Assembly: GCA_904420445.1 (NCBI GenBank)
Contig: CAJFVJ010000001.1
Span: 257,266 to 321,265 of the forward strand
Source: Candidatus Adamsella avium
GTDB lineage: Bacteria > Cyanobacteriota > Vampirovibrionia > Gastranaerophilales > CAJFVJ01
Reading direction: 5' to 3'
Length of the DNA stretch: 64,000 nucleotides
Part shown: positions 17,022 to 26,484 of the stretch, piece after piece
Layout: each line of letters starts with the position of its first letter
How positions within the stretch are numbered: position 1 is the stretch's first letter
Notes under the pieces: model-generated
Database searches by the model: none
The model's input: the letters and a program-made list of their open reading frames with translations, nothing else
Told to the model about the DNA's origin: nothing
Position numbers and translations under genes: made by a program

Positions 17022-18287
17022 ATGCCAAGACCAATGACAATCAGTGAGAAAATTTTAGCTGCCCATGCCGGTTTGGAGAGTGTTGAACCGGGTGATTTGA
17101 TTACGGCTAAAGTTGATATTACACTGGCGAATGATATTACGGGGCCTGTTGCTATTAAAGAATTTCGCAAAATAGGCGTGGATAAAGTTTTTGATAAAGA
17201 AAGAGTCGTTTTTGTTCCTGATCACTTTGTTCCGAACAAAGATATAAAATCAGCGGAACAGGCAAAACTCATAAGAGACTTTGCCCGTGAACAGGATTTG
17301 AAAAACTATTTTGATGTAGGCAGAATGGGTATAGAACACACGCTTCTTCCTGATTTAGGGATAGTCGGTCCCGGGGATTTGGTTATCGGTGCTGATTCGC
17401 ACACATGTACTTATGGTGCACTGGGAGCTTTTTCAACAGGTGTAGGTTCAACCGACCTTGCTTGTGCTATGGCTTCAGGCGAAACATGGTTCAAAGTCCC
17501 GTCAACTATCAAAGTTGATTTTGACGGCGAATTGAACAAATGGGTTTCAGGAAAAGATTTGGTGCTGCATCTTATCGGTGATATAGGTGTGGACGGCGCT
17601 CTTTATAAATCATTGGAAGTAGGCGGAAGCACAATCAGAAATATGCCTATGGACGGAAGATTTACCTTCTGCAATATGGCTATTGAGGCAGGGGCAAAAA
17701 ACGGTATAATTATCCCTGATGAAATTACCGAAGAGTTTGTCAAAGGCAGAGCACAAAGACCTTATAAATTCTATACAAGTGATGAGAACGCTGTTTATGA
17801 AAAAGTAATAAAATATGATGTAACAAAAATAGAACCGACAGTTGCGTTCCCACATCTTCCTGAAAATACGAAGCCTATTTCACAGGTAGGTAACATCAAG
17901 ATAGATCAGGCTGTTATCGGAAGCTGTACAAACGGCAGATTATCCGACCTGAAAGTGGCTGCTGAAATTCTCAGAGGGAGAAAAATTCATAAAGATGTAA
18001 GATTGATAGTCTTCCCCGGTACACAGGATATTTATCTGAGAGCTATCGAAGCGGGGTATGTTCAGGATATTGTGAAAGCTGGCGGAGCTGTTTCCACTCC
18101 GACTTGCGGTCCATGCCTCGGAGGACATGCCGGTATTCTTGCTGCTGGTGAAAGAGCAATTTCAACAACAAACAGAAACTTTGTCGGCAGAATGGGACAT
18201 ACTGAGAGCGAAGTTTATCTCTCAAACCCTGCAATTGCTGCCGCAAGCGCAGTGCTTGGAAGAATAGGTTCTCCTGACGAGCTGTAA
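17022..18287 (+). CDS. leuC: 3-isopropylmalate dehydratase large subunit (short, archaeal/LeuC type 2-like aconitase-family large subunit)
   Basis: About 421 aa from [40 protein letters not shown] and CGPCLG Fe-S cluster motifs. GAGGAAG SD. Confidence 0.88.
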   Translation: MPRPMTISEKILAAHAGLESVEPGDLITAKVDITLANDITGPVAIKEFRKIGVDKVFDKERVVFVPDHFVPNKDIKSAEQAKLIRDFAREQDLKNYFDVGRMGIEHTLLPDLGIVGPGDLVIGADSHTCTYGALGAFSTGVGSTDLACAMASGETWFKVPSTIKVDFDGELNKWVSGKDLVLHLIGDIGVDGALYKSLEVGGSTIRNMPMDGRFTFCNMAIEAGAKNGIIIPDEITEEFVKGRAQRPYKFYTSDENAVYEKVIKYDVTKIEPTVAFPHLPENTKPISQVGNIKIDQAVIGSCTNGRLSDLKVAAEILRGRKIHKDVRLIVFPGTQDIYLRAIEAGYVQDIVKAGGAVSTPTCGPCLGGHAGILAAGERAISTTNRNFVGRMGHTESEVYLSNPAIAAASAVLGRIGSPDEL

Positions 18288-18312
18288 TATTCGCTAAACA
18301 AAATAAAAAAAT

Positions 18313-18346
18313 AAAAAACGGGATTTTAATTTATCCCGTTTTTTTC
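18313..18346. terminator. Bidirectional rho-independent terminator between convergent genes
   Basis: A-run, CGGGAT(N8)ATCCCG stem-loop, T-run. Confidence 0.75.
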
Positions 18347-18370
18347 TTTTTCTCTCTCTGAATATTTTTT

Positions 18371-19444
18371 CTATTTATATTTTCTCATACTCATTTTCTT
18401 TTGTGAAAGCTGGTTTTGAAGATTGTTTGCAAGGTCAACCCGCCCGCTTTTTTCGTATATTTGTGTCATTGCTTCGAGAAATTTTATGTTGTTCATATTC
18501 AACTCAGCCTGTCTAGTGTCATTTTGATTGAGTTTTGACATGGTTGATGCTTGAGATGAGCGTGTTTTTGTTGCATTCAGACCGGGGGTCAGAGCTGATT
18601 TTGTTGATGTAAAACTTGGTTTTACTGGTGTAGCTTTGTTAAATCTTGCATTCGGATTTATTTGAGAATTCTGGTATTCTTTCAGTCCGTAGGCTTGATT
18701 TCTTCGTGCTTTTGCTCTTTCTTCGATGAGAGAAGATGCTTTTGAGAGATTGTTGTAGAGTTCAAGGTCTCTGTCTTTCAAATCCTTATTCATATTTCTG
18801 TTGAGAGAAAGAGGGATGTTTATTTCTTCTTCATCTTTGTTGTTTCTTCTCAGTTTTGTATAAGCAATAATGCTTGCCATCGCAATACATAACAGCCAGC
18901 CGAAGTTTGATTTGCCGAGTGCATTTTTTATGAAAGAGGTTATTCCAAGAGATGAAAGACTTTCATAAAAAGAAGAATTTTCTTCATCGTCGCTCAAATC
19001 AACAACGGGAGTGTAAGTATCGATAGGGTTATTCAACTCTATTTCATTCAAGGCGGGAACATTTTGAGCTGCTGAGGAGAAAGTTATATTGCTTGATGAA
19101 ACATCTTTTCCTTCGATAAATATTTTTATGTTGTCATTTTGCGGTTTGACAAGAACCAGATCGATGTTTGCAACATTGCCGTAAGTAGTGCTTAGAGAGT
19201 CAGATGGTTTTACTCCTCTCAGGTCAATTTCAAGTTTATTTGAAGTATTTGCTTTTGTTTTTATCGGAACGGTTTTGTCTGTTTTCAACAATATATCATA
19301 AGAGCCTTTGTTATCAGGTTTAATTTCGAGTCCTGATAAAACAGCATTTTCTGCTGCAAAAGCCTGTGTTTGACATATTATGCTTAAGCAGGCTGTCAGC
19401 ATAAATGCAAATTTAACCATACCTTTTAAATAAGTTTTTCCCAT
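18371..19444 (-). CDS. Bitopic membrane protein with a signal peptide and an AMIN-like N-terminal periplasmic domain
   Basis: Start set at MGKTYLKGMVKFAFMLTACLSIICQTQAFA; the longer track ORF adds 31 unlikely residues. LSGLEIKPDNKGSYDILLKTD...KLEIDLRGVKP...IKIFIEG fits the AMIN beta-sandwich pattern. TM FGWLLCIAMASIIAY. K/N/S-rich cytoplasmic tail. Confidence 0.55.
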   Translation of the reverse strand: MGKTYLKGMVKFAFMLTACLSIICQTQAFAAENAVLSGLEIKPDNKGSYDILLKTDKTVPIKTKANTSNKLEIDLRGVKPSDSLSTTYGNVANIDLVLVKPQNDNIKIFIEGKDVSSSNITFSSAAQNVPALNEIELNNPIDTYTPVVDLSDDEENSSFYESLSSLGITSFIKNALGKSNFGWLLCIAMASIIAYTKLRRNNKDEEEINIPLSLNRNMNKDLKDRDLELYNNLSKASSLIEERAKARRNQAYGLKEYQNSQINPNARFNKATPVKPSFTSTKSALTPGLNATKTRSSQASTMSKLNQNDTRQAELNMNNIKFLEAMTQIYEKSGRVDLANNLQNQLSQKKMSMRKYK

Positions 19445-19558
19445 CCTCACTTTATACTCCCCTAAATTGTTCTCTATATCATGTATTTCTAGAATACACG
19501 TTTCTGAAAGAGCAATCATCGACCATGAGGTGTACAAAAAAAAGATAGACCATATGGT

Positions 19559-20704
19559 CTATTTTGAAAGGAAATTAGATATTCTTGTTCTCAAGTTTTT
19601 GCCTGCAAGCCCGAACATCTCCGTGTTGTTATGGGTGCTGAAGTTTTCTCTTACAACGGGATTGAACAGAATATTGCTCTGCAGTTCCGTGCTTGGGGCA
19701 ATTTTTTCTGCGATGAGGTCTATTTCTTCTATGCCTCTGAGGATGTCATCTGATATTCCGCTCAGGTCATTTCTTTTGATAGCATCAATTAAAGCATCCT
19801 GGGAAGGCTCCATACCTTCTTTGAGATAGACTACATATTTGGGTCTCATCCCCGGTAATCTTGAATATTCCGTTGCAAGTCTTCTTGTTTTGTCTATTAT
19901 ATCTTTTGTTTCATCAAGGGTTCTTCCAGATAAATTCATCTTGATGTTGTCAGCTGTTTTTGGTGTCAAATCAGCCAGATTATCCATTGTGTCCGTAAAG
20001 AAATCTTTGAATTCATCAAATTCTTTAACAATTCTTTGTGATACGGTATTTTTTGCACCGCCGAGAGCATCAGAGATAACTTTAGCTTTTCTTCCTCTTA
20101 TTGATTTAAATAACACTAAACCGGCAACAGCAAGAACGGCTGTTTTGAGAATACTTCCAAGACCTCCTGATTTTTGAGTTGTTCCGTTTGTTCCTCCTAT
20201 TCCGAAAGCGGCAAGAGGACTTTGAGAGGATGGTTTATCCGGATTATAATAAGAACTTGCTTCAGGGAATAAGTTCAGCCCCTGGGAAGCTATAAGCTGG
20301 GTATCCTGATTTTGAGGGTTATTCAGCCCGTAGGGGTCATCTTTTATAAAACCGTATCTGTCCTGCAGAGGGTTTGAGGATACATTCGGAGGATTGAGAA
20401 CACCAACGCCGTTTGTTGCTGCAGGAGTTGTCAAATTTTGTGCTCCGGCAGGAGCTGTTGTTGAGGCAGGTGTGGTTGGTGCACCGCCTGTTGAGTCAGT
20501 CTGTGAATTTTGAGAAATTTTCATCTCGGAAGGCATTTGTAAAGATGTATTTATCATATCAGACGGCATAGGCATTGACGGCATCATAGTCATCTGCGGA
20601 GATGTTGATTTGTCTTCTTTTGCCGTTGATGATGACGCTGATGGCGGTGTAACCTGCGTTGTTGCTGTTGAATTTGTTCCGATTGGATTTATACCCTGTA
20701 CCAT
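19559..20704 (-). CDS. Hypothetical bitopic membrane protein with a about 190-aa Pro/Thr/Ser/Gln-rich N-terminal region
   Basis: 381 aa. Starts MVQGINPIG. Low-complexity region, TM ILKTAVLAVAGLVLF, about 170-aa helical C-domain with no recognised motif. 21 nt upstream of the AMIN-like gene. Confidence 0.6.
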   Translation of the reverse strand: MVQGINPIGTNSTATTQVTPPSASSSTAKEDKSTSPQMTMMPSMPMPSDMINTSLQMPSEMKISQNSQTDSTGGAPTTPASTTAPAGAQNLTTPAATNGVGVLNPPNVSSNPLQDRYGFIKDDPYGLNNPQNQDTQLIASQGLNLFPEASSYYNPDKPSSQSPLAAFGIGGTNGTTQKSGGLGSILKTAVLAVAGLVLFKSIRGRKAKVISDALGGAKNTVSQRIVKEFDEFKDFFTDTMDNLADLTPKTADNIKMNLSGRTLDETKDIIDKTRRLATEYSRLPGMRPKYVVYLKEGMEPSQDALIDAIKRNDLSGISDDILRGIEEIDLIAEKIAPSTELQSNILFNPVVRENFSTHNNTEMFGLAGKNLRTRISNFLSK

Positions 20705-20827
20705 TTCTACCTGACTTTACTTTTTTACCTGATATTTTTTTATAAAAAAGAAGTATGCAAAAAATTGCTATTTTTAAAAAAAATATTACTTATTGTTTAC
20801 AAAAAGTATTTGTCTTTTGTATATGGT

Positions 20828-21331
20828 TCAGAGTCTTTTGCTCATTCTTACTGATGGAATAGACTGTCCGTTTGGCATAACAAACTCGCTTGATGATATT
20901 TCTTTGTATCCGAAGTTTTTGTAAAAGTCGACCGCATTCAGCGAGGAGTCAAGGAATAATTCAAGGATGCCGTTGTCAGTTGCACGTGTTTCGAGAAATT
21001 CAAGCAGTGTAGCCCCGCAGCCTTGGTTTGTGTAGTCAGGATGAGTGTACAAACCTTTTATTTCAGCTGTTTCAAGATTAAGATATCCGAAGCTCAAGAT
21101 TTCATCGTCGATGTCAGCTTCATCATCTCCGCCGTCATCCTGATTAACGGCAACAAGAATGAGATTGTTTTCGTCTTCAAATATTTCTTCGATTATATCT
21201 TCCGAGAACATATCAAGCCAGATTTTAATCTGGTCGAAAGAATAGCTGCTTTCGCAGGCGCTTTGGATTGATAGTTGTGCGAGTTCTGCAACGTGCGGGA
21301 TATCTGAATATTTTGCTTCTCTTATATGCAT
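20828..21331 (-). CDS. GNAT family N-acetyltransferase
   Basis: Start at MHIREAKYSDI. YTHPDYTNQGCGATLLEFLE acetyl-CoA-binding motif. Confidence 0.8.
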   Translation of the reverse strand: MHIREAKYSDIPHVAELAQLSIQSACESSYSFDQIKIWLDMFSEDIIEEIFEDENNLILVAVNQDDGGDDEADIDDEILSFGYLNLETAEIKGLYTHPDYTNQGCGATLLEFLETRATDNGILELFLDSSLNAVDFYKNFGYKEISSSEFVMPNGQSIPSVRMSKRL

Positions 21332-21353
21332 TTTTTTATACCTGTTTTTTGTT

Positions 21354-21902
21354 TTACTTTTTGGAATTTTCATCAGGGTCAATCAGTGCTTCGATTTCAA
21401 AGAAGCTGGCGTCCTTGAACCCAAGAATTTTTGCAAAAAATTTGTGAGGGATGACGTTAATCAGGTCATTGTACATCCTCACTGTTGAGTTGTATTGTTT
21501 TTTTGCTGTTTGAATTTTTTCTTCTATCTGAAGCATTGTTCTTTTTAGATTAATAAAATTTTCGTCTGATTTTAGCTTCGGATAGTTTTGTATTATCAAT
21601 ATAAGTACATTTAATGAGTTTGTCAGAATATTTTCAGCTTCCACTTTTTCTTTCAGGTAATATGCATTTCTGCAGTCGTTAACCTGATTATTTATTTTTT
21701 CAATCAGCTCATCTTCTGTTTTTATGTATGATTGAACGGTTGAGAGAAAAAGAGGCAGGAAATTTTGGCGGTACTGAAAGTGGATATCCATCTTGCTGAA
21801 ATATTCTCTGAGCATATTCCGCTGGCATGACATCTGGTTGTATATTATGCAGATTGGAATTATGAGTAAAAGGATAAGGGTTATAAAAATTAGGACAGCC
21901 AT
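21354..21902 (-). CDS. LemA family protein
   Basis: 182 aa. N-terminal TM, then the LemA pattern ending YNSTVRMYNDLINVIPHKFFAKILGFKDASFFE. Confidence 0.85.
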   Translation of the reverse strand: MAVLIFITLILLLIIPICIIYNQMSCQRNMLREYFSKMDIHFQYRQNFLPLFLSTVQSYIKTEDELIEKINNQVNDCRNAYYLKEKVEAENILTNSLNVLILIIQNYPKLKSDENFINLKRTMLQIEEKIQTAKKQYNSTVRMYNDLINVIPHKFFAKILGFKDASFFEIEALIDPDENSKK

Positions 21903-22067
21903 GTTTTTCTCGGTTGATAAATAACTTCTATAGAATTATAGCAAATTATTGTCAAATACAAAATTTATTTCTGTAAAATTATATAAGATTTAAGAATTTA
22001 AGAAATTGTTTTCTTGTTTTTCGACGAAATATATTCTACAATTGGATAAGAGAATAAAGGGGTGTGG

Positions 22068-22739
22068 ATGATGAAGAGAATAATCAAATTTTTACTCGTA
22101 ACATTTATTAGCACTTGCACGCTGGCATGCTTTGCTCAAGAGAACAGCAAGCCTGCTTTTACTGCTGATGAAGTTCTTCGAGAGCTGATGATGGGGAATG
22201 CAAATTTTGTTCAGGAGCAAGCAAAAAATGGTGCAGAGAATGGAGAGAAAAGGGAATCTTCTTTGGAAAAAGGTTTGCATCCGATAGCTGTTGTTATCTC
22301 ATGCAATGATTTGAAGATTGCCCCCGAGTTTATTTTTGGTCAGAAACTCGGAGAGCTTTTTGTTATCAGAAATATAGGTAATGTTGTTGATTCAAATGTT
22401 TTGACGGGTGTTGAGTATGCTACAGAACATCTGCAGGTTCCTCTGGTTGTTGTTTTGGGGCATACAAATTGTGATTCTATCAAAACAGCGATAACAGAAG
22501 ACAAAGATCTTGACCATGTTTTGCATCTTTTTGACGAGCTTGAGGCAGTAATTGAAGAGTCAAAGAGCCAGGAAGGTGATTTGCTTGAAAATACAATCAA
22601 GAATAATGTAATAAATGTTGTTAAAGATTTGAAGAAATCAAAACCGCTTATTAAAAAACAGATTAATAAAGGCGAGATAAAAGTAGTCGGAGCAATCTAT
22701 CATTCTGATACCGGCGAAGTTGAGATTATTTCGGAGTAA
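22068..22739 (+). CDS. Secreted (possibly lipoprotein) beta-class carbonic anhydrase
   Basis: Signal peptide with TLAC. ISCNDLKIAPE...GELFVIRNIGN...VVLGHTNCDS corresponds to the beta-CA CxDxR / GHxxC zinc-site blocks, with Lys in place of the dyad Arg. Confidence 0.8.
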   Translation: MMKRIIKFLLVTFISTCTLACFAQENSKPAFTADEVLRELMMGNANFVQEQAKNGAENGEKRESSLEKGLHPIAVVISCNDLKIAPEFIFGQKLGELFVIRNIGNVVDSNVLTGVEYATEHLQVPLVVVLGHTNCDSIKTAITEDKDLDHVLHLFDELEAVIEESKSQEGDLLENTIKNNVINVVKDLKKSKPLIKKQINKGEIKVVGAIYHSDTGEVEIISE

Positions 22740-22742
22740 TCG

Positions 22743-23582
22743 GTGAAAATTGTTAAGAAATATATAGACATGCATGTACATGTCGGGAGTTGGAGCCCTG
22801 AGGGGACTGTTTTTTCCAAAAATTTGCTGCTTGATGTAATGAGAAAAAACGATGTGTCAGCTTTTTGCATATCGACTCTTGATTGCATTGATATGAATCT
22901 TCAGACAAAACTTACTCCAAAGTCGGAAATTGACGGGAACAGAGATTTGGTTGAGATGTTTTGTGATATCCCTGAGGCGAAATTTGTCTGTGTTTGCGAG
23001 CCTAATAACGGAAGTGCAAAAAATATAAGAAAACTTCTGGAAGATTATCCTGAGAAGTTCTGCGCTCTGAAGCTTCATCCTCTGTGCCATTGTATACCTG
23101 CAAATTCTGAGTTGTATAATCCTTATATGGAGGTTGCACAGGAGTATGGTCTTCCATGTCTTTTTCATTCAGGACATATTGATTGCGAGTATTCCAGTCC
23201 CAGATTGATTTATGAACTGGCAAAGAGATATAAGGATGTTCCTGTTATACTCGGACACCTGTCTACGGGAGGTCTTAGTTCGAAGAAGGAAACCATAAAG
23301 ATTATGAGAAGGGCAAAAGACAGCGGCGATGCAAATCTTTATGCCGATATTTCATGGTGTGATATGGAGTCTGTTGTGAAGGCTGTTGCAAAAGTCGGGG
23401 AAGATAGGATTATGTTTGCGACAGATGCACCTCTCGGGGTTTTTGGAAATGCAGAGCATTATGCACATTTTGCGGATGCTGTTGAGAGAGCACTTATCAA
23501 CGGATTTGAAGAAAGAGCGGAAGAGGTTCTTGAGAAAGTTTTTTATTCCAATGCGAAGAATTTGTTCGGGATAGCGGATTAG
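22743..23582 (+). CDS. Metal-dependent amidohydrolase-fold (TIM barrel, Amidohydro_2-like) hydrolase
   Basis: 279 aa, GTG start 3 nt after the CA stop. IDMHVHVGSW metal-binding start, HSGH, ILGHLS, FATDAP motifs. Confidence 0.75.
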   Translation: MKIVKKYIDMHVHVGSWSPEGTVFSKNLLLDVMRKNDVSAFCISTLDCIDMNLQTKLTPKSEIDGNRDLVEMFCDIPEAKFVCVCEPNNGSAKNIRKLLEDYPEKFCALKLHPLCHCIPANSELYNPYMEVAQEYGLPCLFHSGHIDCEYSSPRLIYELAKRYKDVPVILGHLSTGGLSSKKETIKIMRRAKDSGDANLYADISWCDMESVVKAVAKVGEDRIMFATDAPLGVFGNAEHYAHFADAVERALINGFEERAEEVLEKVFYSNAKNLFGIAD

Positions 23583-23681
23583 AATTCGGGGCAGATAAAT
23601 TTTCAAACTAATTCAAATATATGGTTTCTTTTTTTTGAATAATCATTAAAATGAAGAAAAGTGAATGGTGGAGATATTGAC

Positions 23682-24230
23682 ATGAGTGAAACACTTAATG
23701 CAAATTCATTGATTATGAATGCCATGTATGGGATTAACAGCACATACAACCAGCTTGCTATGCAGAACAACGGAAAAGTTTCGTTTTCTGATTTACAGGA
23801 TTTTACAAACGTAAATTATTACAATATGCCGTTTTTGAGCTATCTGCAAAATAACTTCAGCTCACTGGATACGGATCAGGATGGCAGCGTTACGGCAACC
23901 GAGATGCAGCAGCTTTTGAACCAGTTTCAAACAAACGGTTTGACTTATTCTCAACTTATGCAGCTCTGTTCTTCCGGCGGAATGATGACGGGTGTGAACA
24001 CATCAGAGTTGTCAGAAGTTCTTGCAAACTTCCAGAAAATAGACAAAAATTCCGACGGCAAAGTCAGCATGGCTGAGATAAATTCTTATAATAGAACTGA
24101 AGAAATGGAAGAGAAAAAAGAAGAGCTTGTTACAAACCGCAGAACAAAAGATATGTCTATTTTCTATTCTGATTCTGTCAGCACAAGCAGTTCATCAGAT
24201 GTTGATGAAGACGACGAAGAAGAATCATAG
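23682..24230 (+). CDS. EF-hand calcium-binding protein with an acidic Ser/Asp/Glu tail
   Basis: Two canonical EF loops, DTDQDGSVTATE and DKNSDGKVSMAE. GGTGGAG SD before ATG 23682. No signal peptide. Confidence 0.75.
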   Translation: MSETLNANSLIMNAMYGINSTYNQLAMQNNGKVSFSDLQDFTNVNYYNMPFLSYLQNNFSSLDTDQDGSVTATEMQQLLNQFQTNGLTYSQLMQLCSSGGMMTGVNTSELSEVLANFQKIDKNSDGKVSMAEINSYNRTEEMEEKKEELVTNRRTKDMSIFYSDSVSTSSSSDVDEDDEEES

Positions 24231-24290
24231 TTATCTTTTGATATACAAAACTTGTTTTAATGTATAATTTTAATAGAGTTATACATATGG

Positions 24291-25364
24291 ATGAGTAAAG
24301 AGTTGGCAATTATCTCAAACGATGAAGAAAAAAAACCGTCGCGCAAAAACACCAATGCGGTGTCAAAGCAGACAGAATATGACCGCGGATTTGAGAATAA
24401 TATCAGACCGAAAACGTTTGATGAATACATCGGTCAGACTCATTTGAAGGAAACTCTAAAGATTACCATTCTTGCCGCTCAAAAAAGAGAGCAGCCGCTT
24501 GACCACCTGCTTTTCTACGGTCCTCCCGGGCTTGGGAAAACTACTCTTGCGAGTGTAATTGCAAATGAGATGGGGTCAAACATAAAGATTACGTCTGCAC
24601 CAGCGCTTGAAAGACCAAGAGATATTATCGGCATACTTATGTCGTTGAAAGACGGAGATGTTCTGTTTATTGATGAAATTCACCGTTTGAACAAGATAGC
24701 GGAAGAGATTTTGTATTCTGCCATGGAAGATTTTTTCATCGATATGACAACCGGGAAGACCCAGACTTCAAAGTCAATCAGAATTCCTACGGCAAAATTT
24801 ACGCTGATTGGCGCAACTACAAAAGCAGGCGCACTATCAGGACCTCTTCGTGACCGTTTCGGGATAGTTCACCGTCTTGAATTTTATACAATGGAAGAGC
24901 TGGAGGCTGTAATCAGTCGTACGGCAGGTATTCTTGATGTCAAAATTACCGAAGACGGGGCAAAGACAATAGCCTTGCGCTCACGTGGCACCCCGAGAAT
25001 AGCAAACAGACTGGTGAAGAGAGTCAGAGATTATGCCATAGTCAAATCTGACGGGATTATTGATGAGAAAACAGCAAAGAGTTCACTTGATTTACTAAAA
25101 ATTGACCCACTTGGACTTGATACAACGGATATTGCGCTTCTGAGATTAATTATAGAAAAATATAACGGAGGCCCCGTAGGTATCGAAACTTTATCTGCCG
25201 CATTGGGTGAAGATATCAAAACAATAGAAGATGTATACGAACCTTTTTTGATACAGGCAGGTTTAATTTTGAGAACACCTAGGGGACGTAAGGCTTCAGC
25301 AGAAGCTTACAGACATCTCAAGTACAAATTGCCGTCCCAGCAAGTAGGTCTTTTTGATGAATAG
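24291..25364 (+). CDS. ruvB: Holliday junction branch migration helicase RuvB
   Basis: 357 aa. RPKTFDEYIGQ, GPPGLGKTT, FIDEIHRL, GATT...LRDRFG motifs. Confidence 0.95.
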   Translation: MSKELAIISNDEEKKPSRKNTNAVSKQTEYDRGFENNIRPKTFDEYIGQTHLKETLKITILAAQKREQPLDHLLFYGPPGLGKTTLASVIANEMGSNIKITSAPALERPRDIIGILMSLKDGDVLFIDEIHRLNKIAEEILYSAMEDFFIDMTTGKTQTSKSIRIPTAKFTLIGATTKAGALSGPLRDRFGIVHRLEFYTMEELEAVISRTAGILDVKITEDGAKTIALRSRGTPRIANRLVKRVRDYAIVKSDGIIDEKTAKSSLDLLKIDPLGLDTTDIALLRLIIEKYNGGPVGIETLSAALGEDIKTIEDVYEPFLIQAGLILRTPRGRKASAEAYRHLKYKLPSQQVGLFDE

Positions 25365-26484
25365 AATTATACTTTTGTTTTTAATGTTTATACTCGGTGT
25401 TACTTCTTGTTTTGCCGGGTCTGATTTGCCTGAGAGAATTCACAGCAACTATGAAAACGGAGTTGTTATCGAGGTTCTGTCAGAGGAAAACAATGAAGAA
25501 CTGGCAGAGTTGTTTAATTTAGACCAGATAGGCCAGCTTTTGAGGATAAAGGTTCTCTCAGGAGATTTGAAAAATCAGGAGATTACTGTTGAAAACCAGC
25601 TTACGTCAAATCCTGCTTTTGATATTGATGTAAAGAAGGGTGATAGAGTGCTTTTGAGCGTTGAGCGTTTTTTTAAAGAGTACGAAGTTTATGTTGCAGC
25701 AAAAGACCGCAGTGCTGTGCTTATGTTTCTTGTTTCTTTATTTTCACTTCTTTTGCTTGTTGTAGGAGGCAGAGCGGGGTTAAAGATAATCTTATCCGTT
25801 CTGGCGTCGTTTTTTTTATTGGTTGTTTTGTTTTTATTAATTCTCAGCGGGCTTAGGCCTGTGTTTATTACGTTTATTATGCTTATGACGTCTGCTTTTG
25901 TGCTGGGATTTATTTTGGACGGGATAAATGTTCGGACTATATCGTCAGCTTTAGCAGCGTCAGCAAGTTTGTCCGCCGGCTGTCTGCTGTCGATAATATT
26001 TGTGAATGTTTCTGACTTAGACGGGCTGCATTGTGAGGAGGCTGTCATCTTGCATGCACTCAAGCCTTTTTTGGATAATCGGGAGATACTTATGTCTTCC
26101 GTTATGGTGGCTGTATTTGGTGTGCTGTTGCATATTTGTTCGTGTATATCAAACAGGATTTTTGAGTTGAAGAGTGATAATACGAAATATAATTTTGCTT
26201 CTTTGTTCAGGGCAGGCATGGCGCAGGGGAAGGAAACAATTATGACTTTGTCGACGAGTTTTCTTTATGCGTATGTCGGGTTGATGATTTTTATGTTTTT
26301 GATGTTGTGCGAAATACCGTTTTTGAAATTTATTAATCTGAACAGTGTTGTGATTGTTGTCATCACAACTTGCATAGCAAGTATAAATCTTGTTTTAAGC
26401 ATACCGATTTCAGCATTAGTCAGCTCGTGGGTCGTTGATAGTTTTAATAAGAAAAAGCTCAAATATCCGGGTTTTCTTTCTTAA
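25357..26484 (+). CDS. YibE/F-like polytopic membrane protein
   Basis: About 375 aa. N-terminal signal/anchor, soluble about 100-aa domain, then 6-7 TM helices. Overlaps the ruvB stop. Confidence 0.6.
   Translation: MNRIILLFLMFILGVTSCFAGSDLPERIHSNYENGVVIEVLSEENNEELAELFNLDQIGQLLRIKVLSGDLKNQEITVENQLTSNPAFDIDVKKGDRVLLSVERFFKEYEVYVAAKDRSAVLMFLVSLFSLLLLVVGGRAGLKIILSVLASFFLLVVLFLLILSGLRPVFITFIMLMTSAFVLGFILDGINVRTISSALAASASLSAGCLLSIIFVNVSDLDGLHCEEAVILHALKPFLDNREILMSSVMVAVFGVLLHICSCISNRIFELKSDNTKYNFASLFRAGMAQGKETIMTLSTSFLYAYVGLMIFMFLMLCEIPFLKFINLNSVVIVVITTCIASINLVLSIPISALVSSWVVDSFNKKKLKYPGFLS

Noticed and set aside
21937-21947. Short exact word repeats shared between distant intergenic regions: TATAGCAAATT (21937 and 52721), TAGCGATTAATT (15762 and 52345), and GCGGAATTTG (34847 and 52840)
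   Set aside because: In 64 kb, with both strands and an AT bias, many 11-12-mer coincidences are expected by chance. I therefore did not treat them as copies of the 52.7-kb element or as a shared operator.
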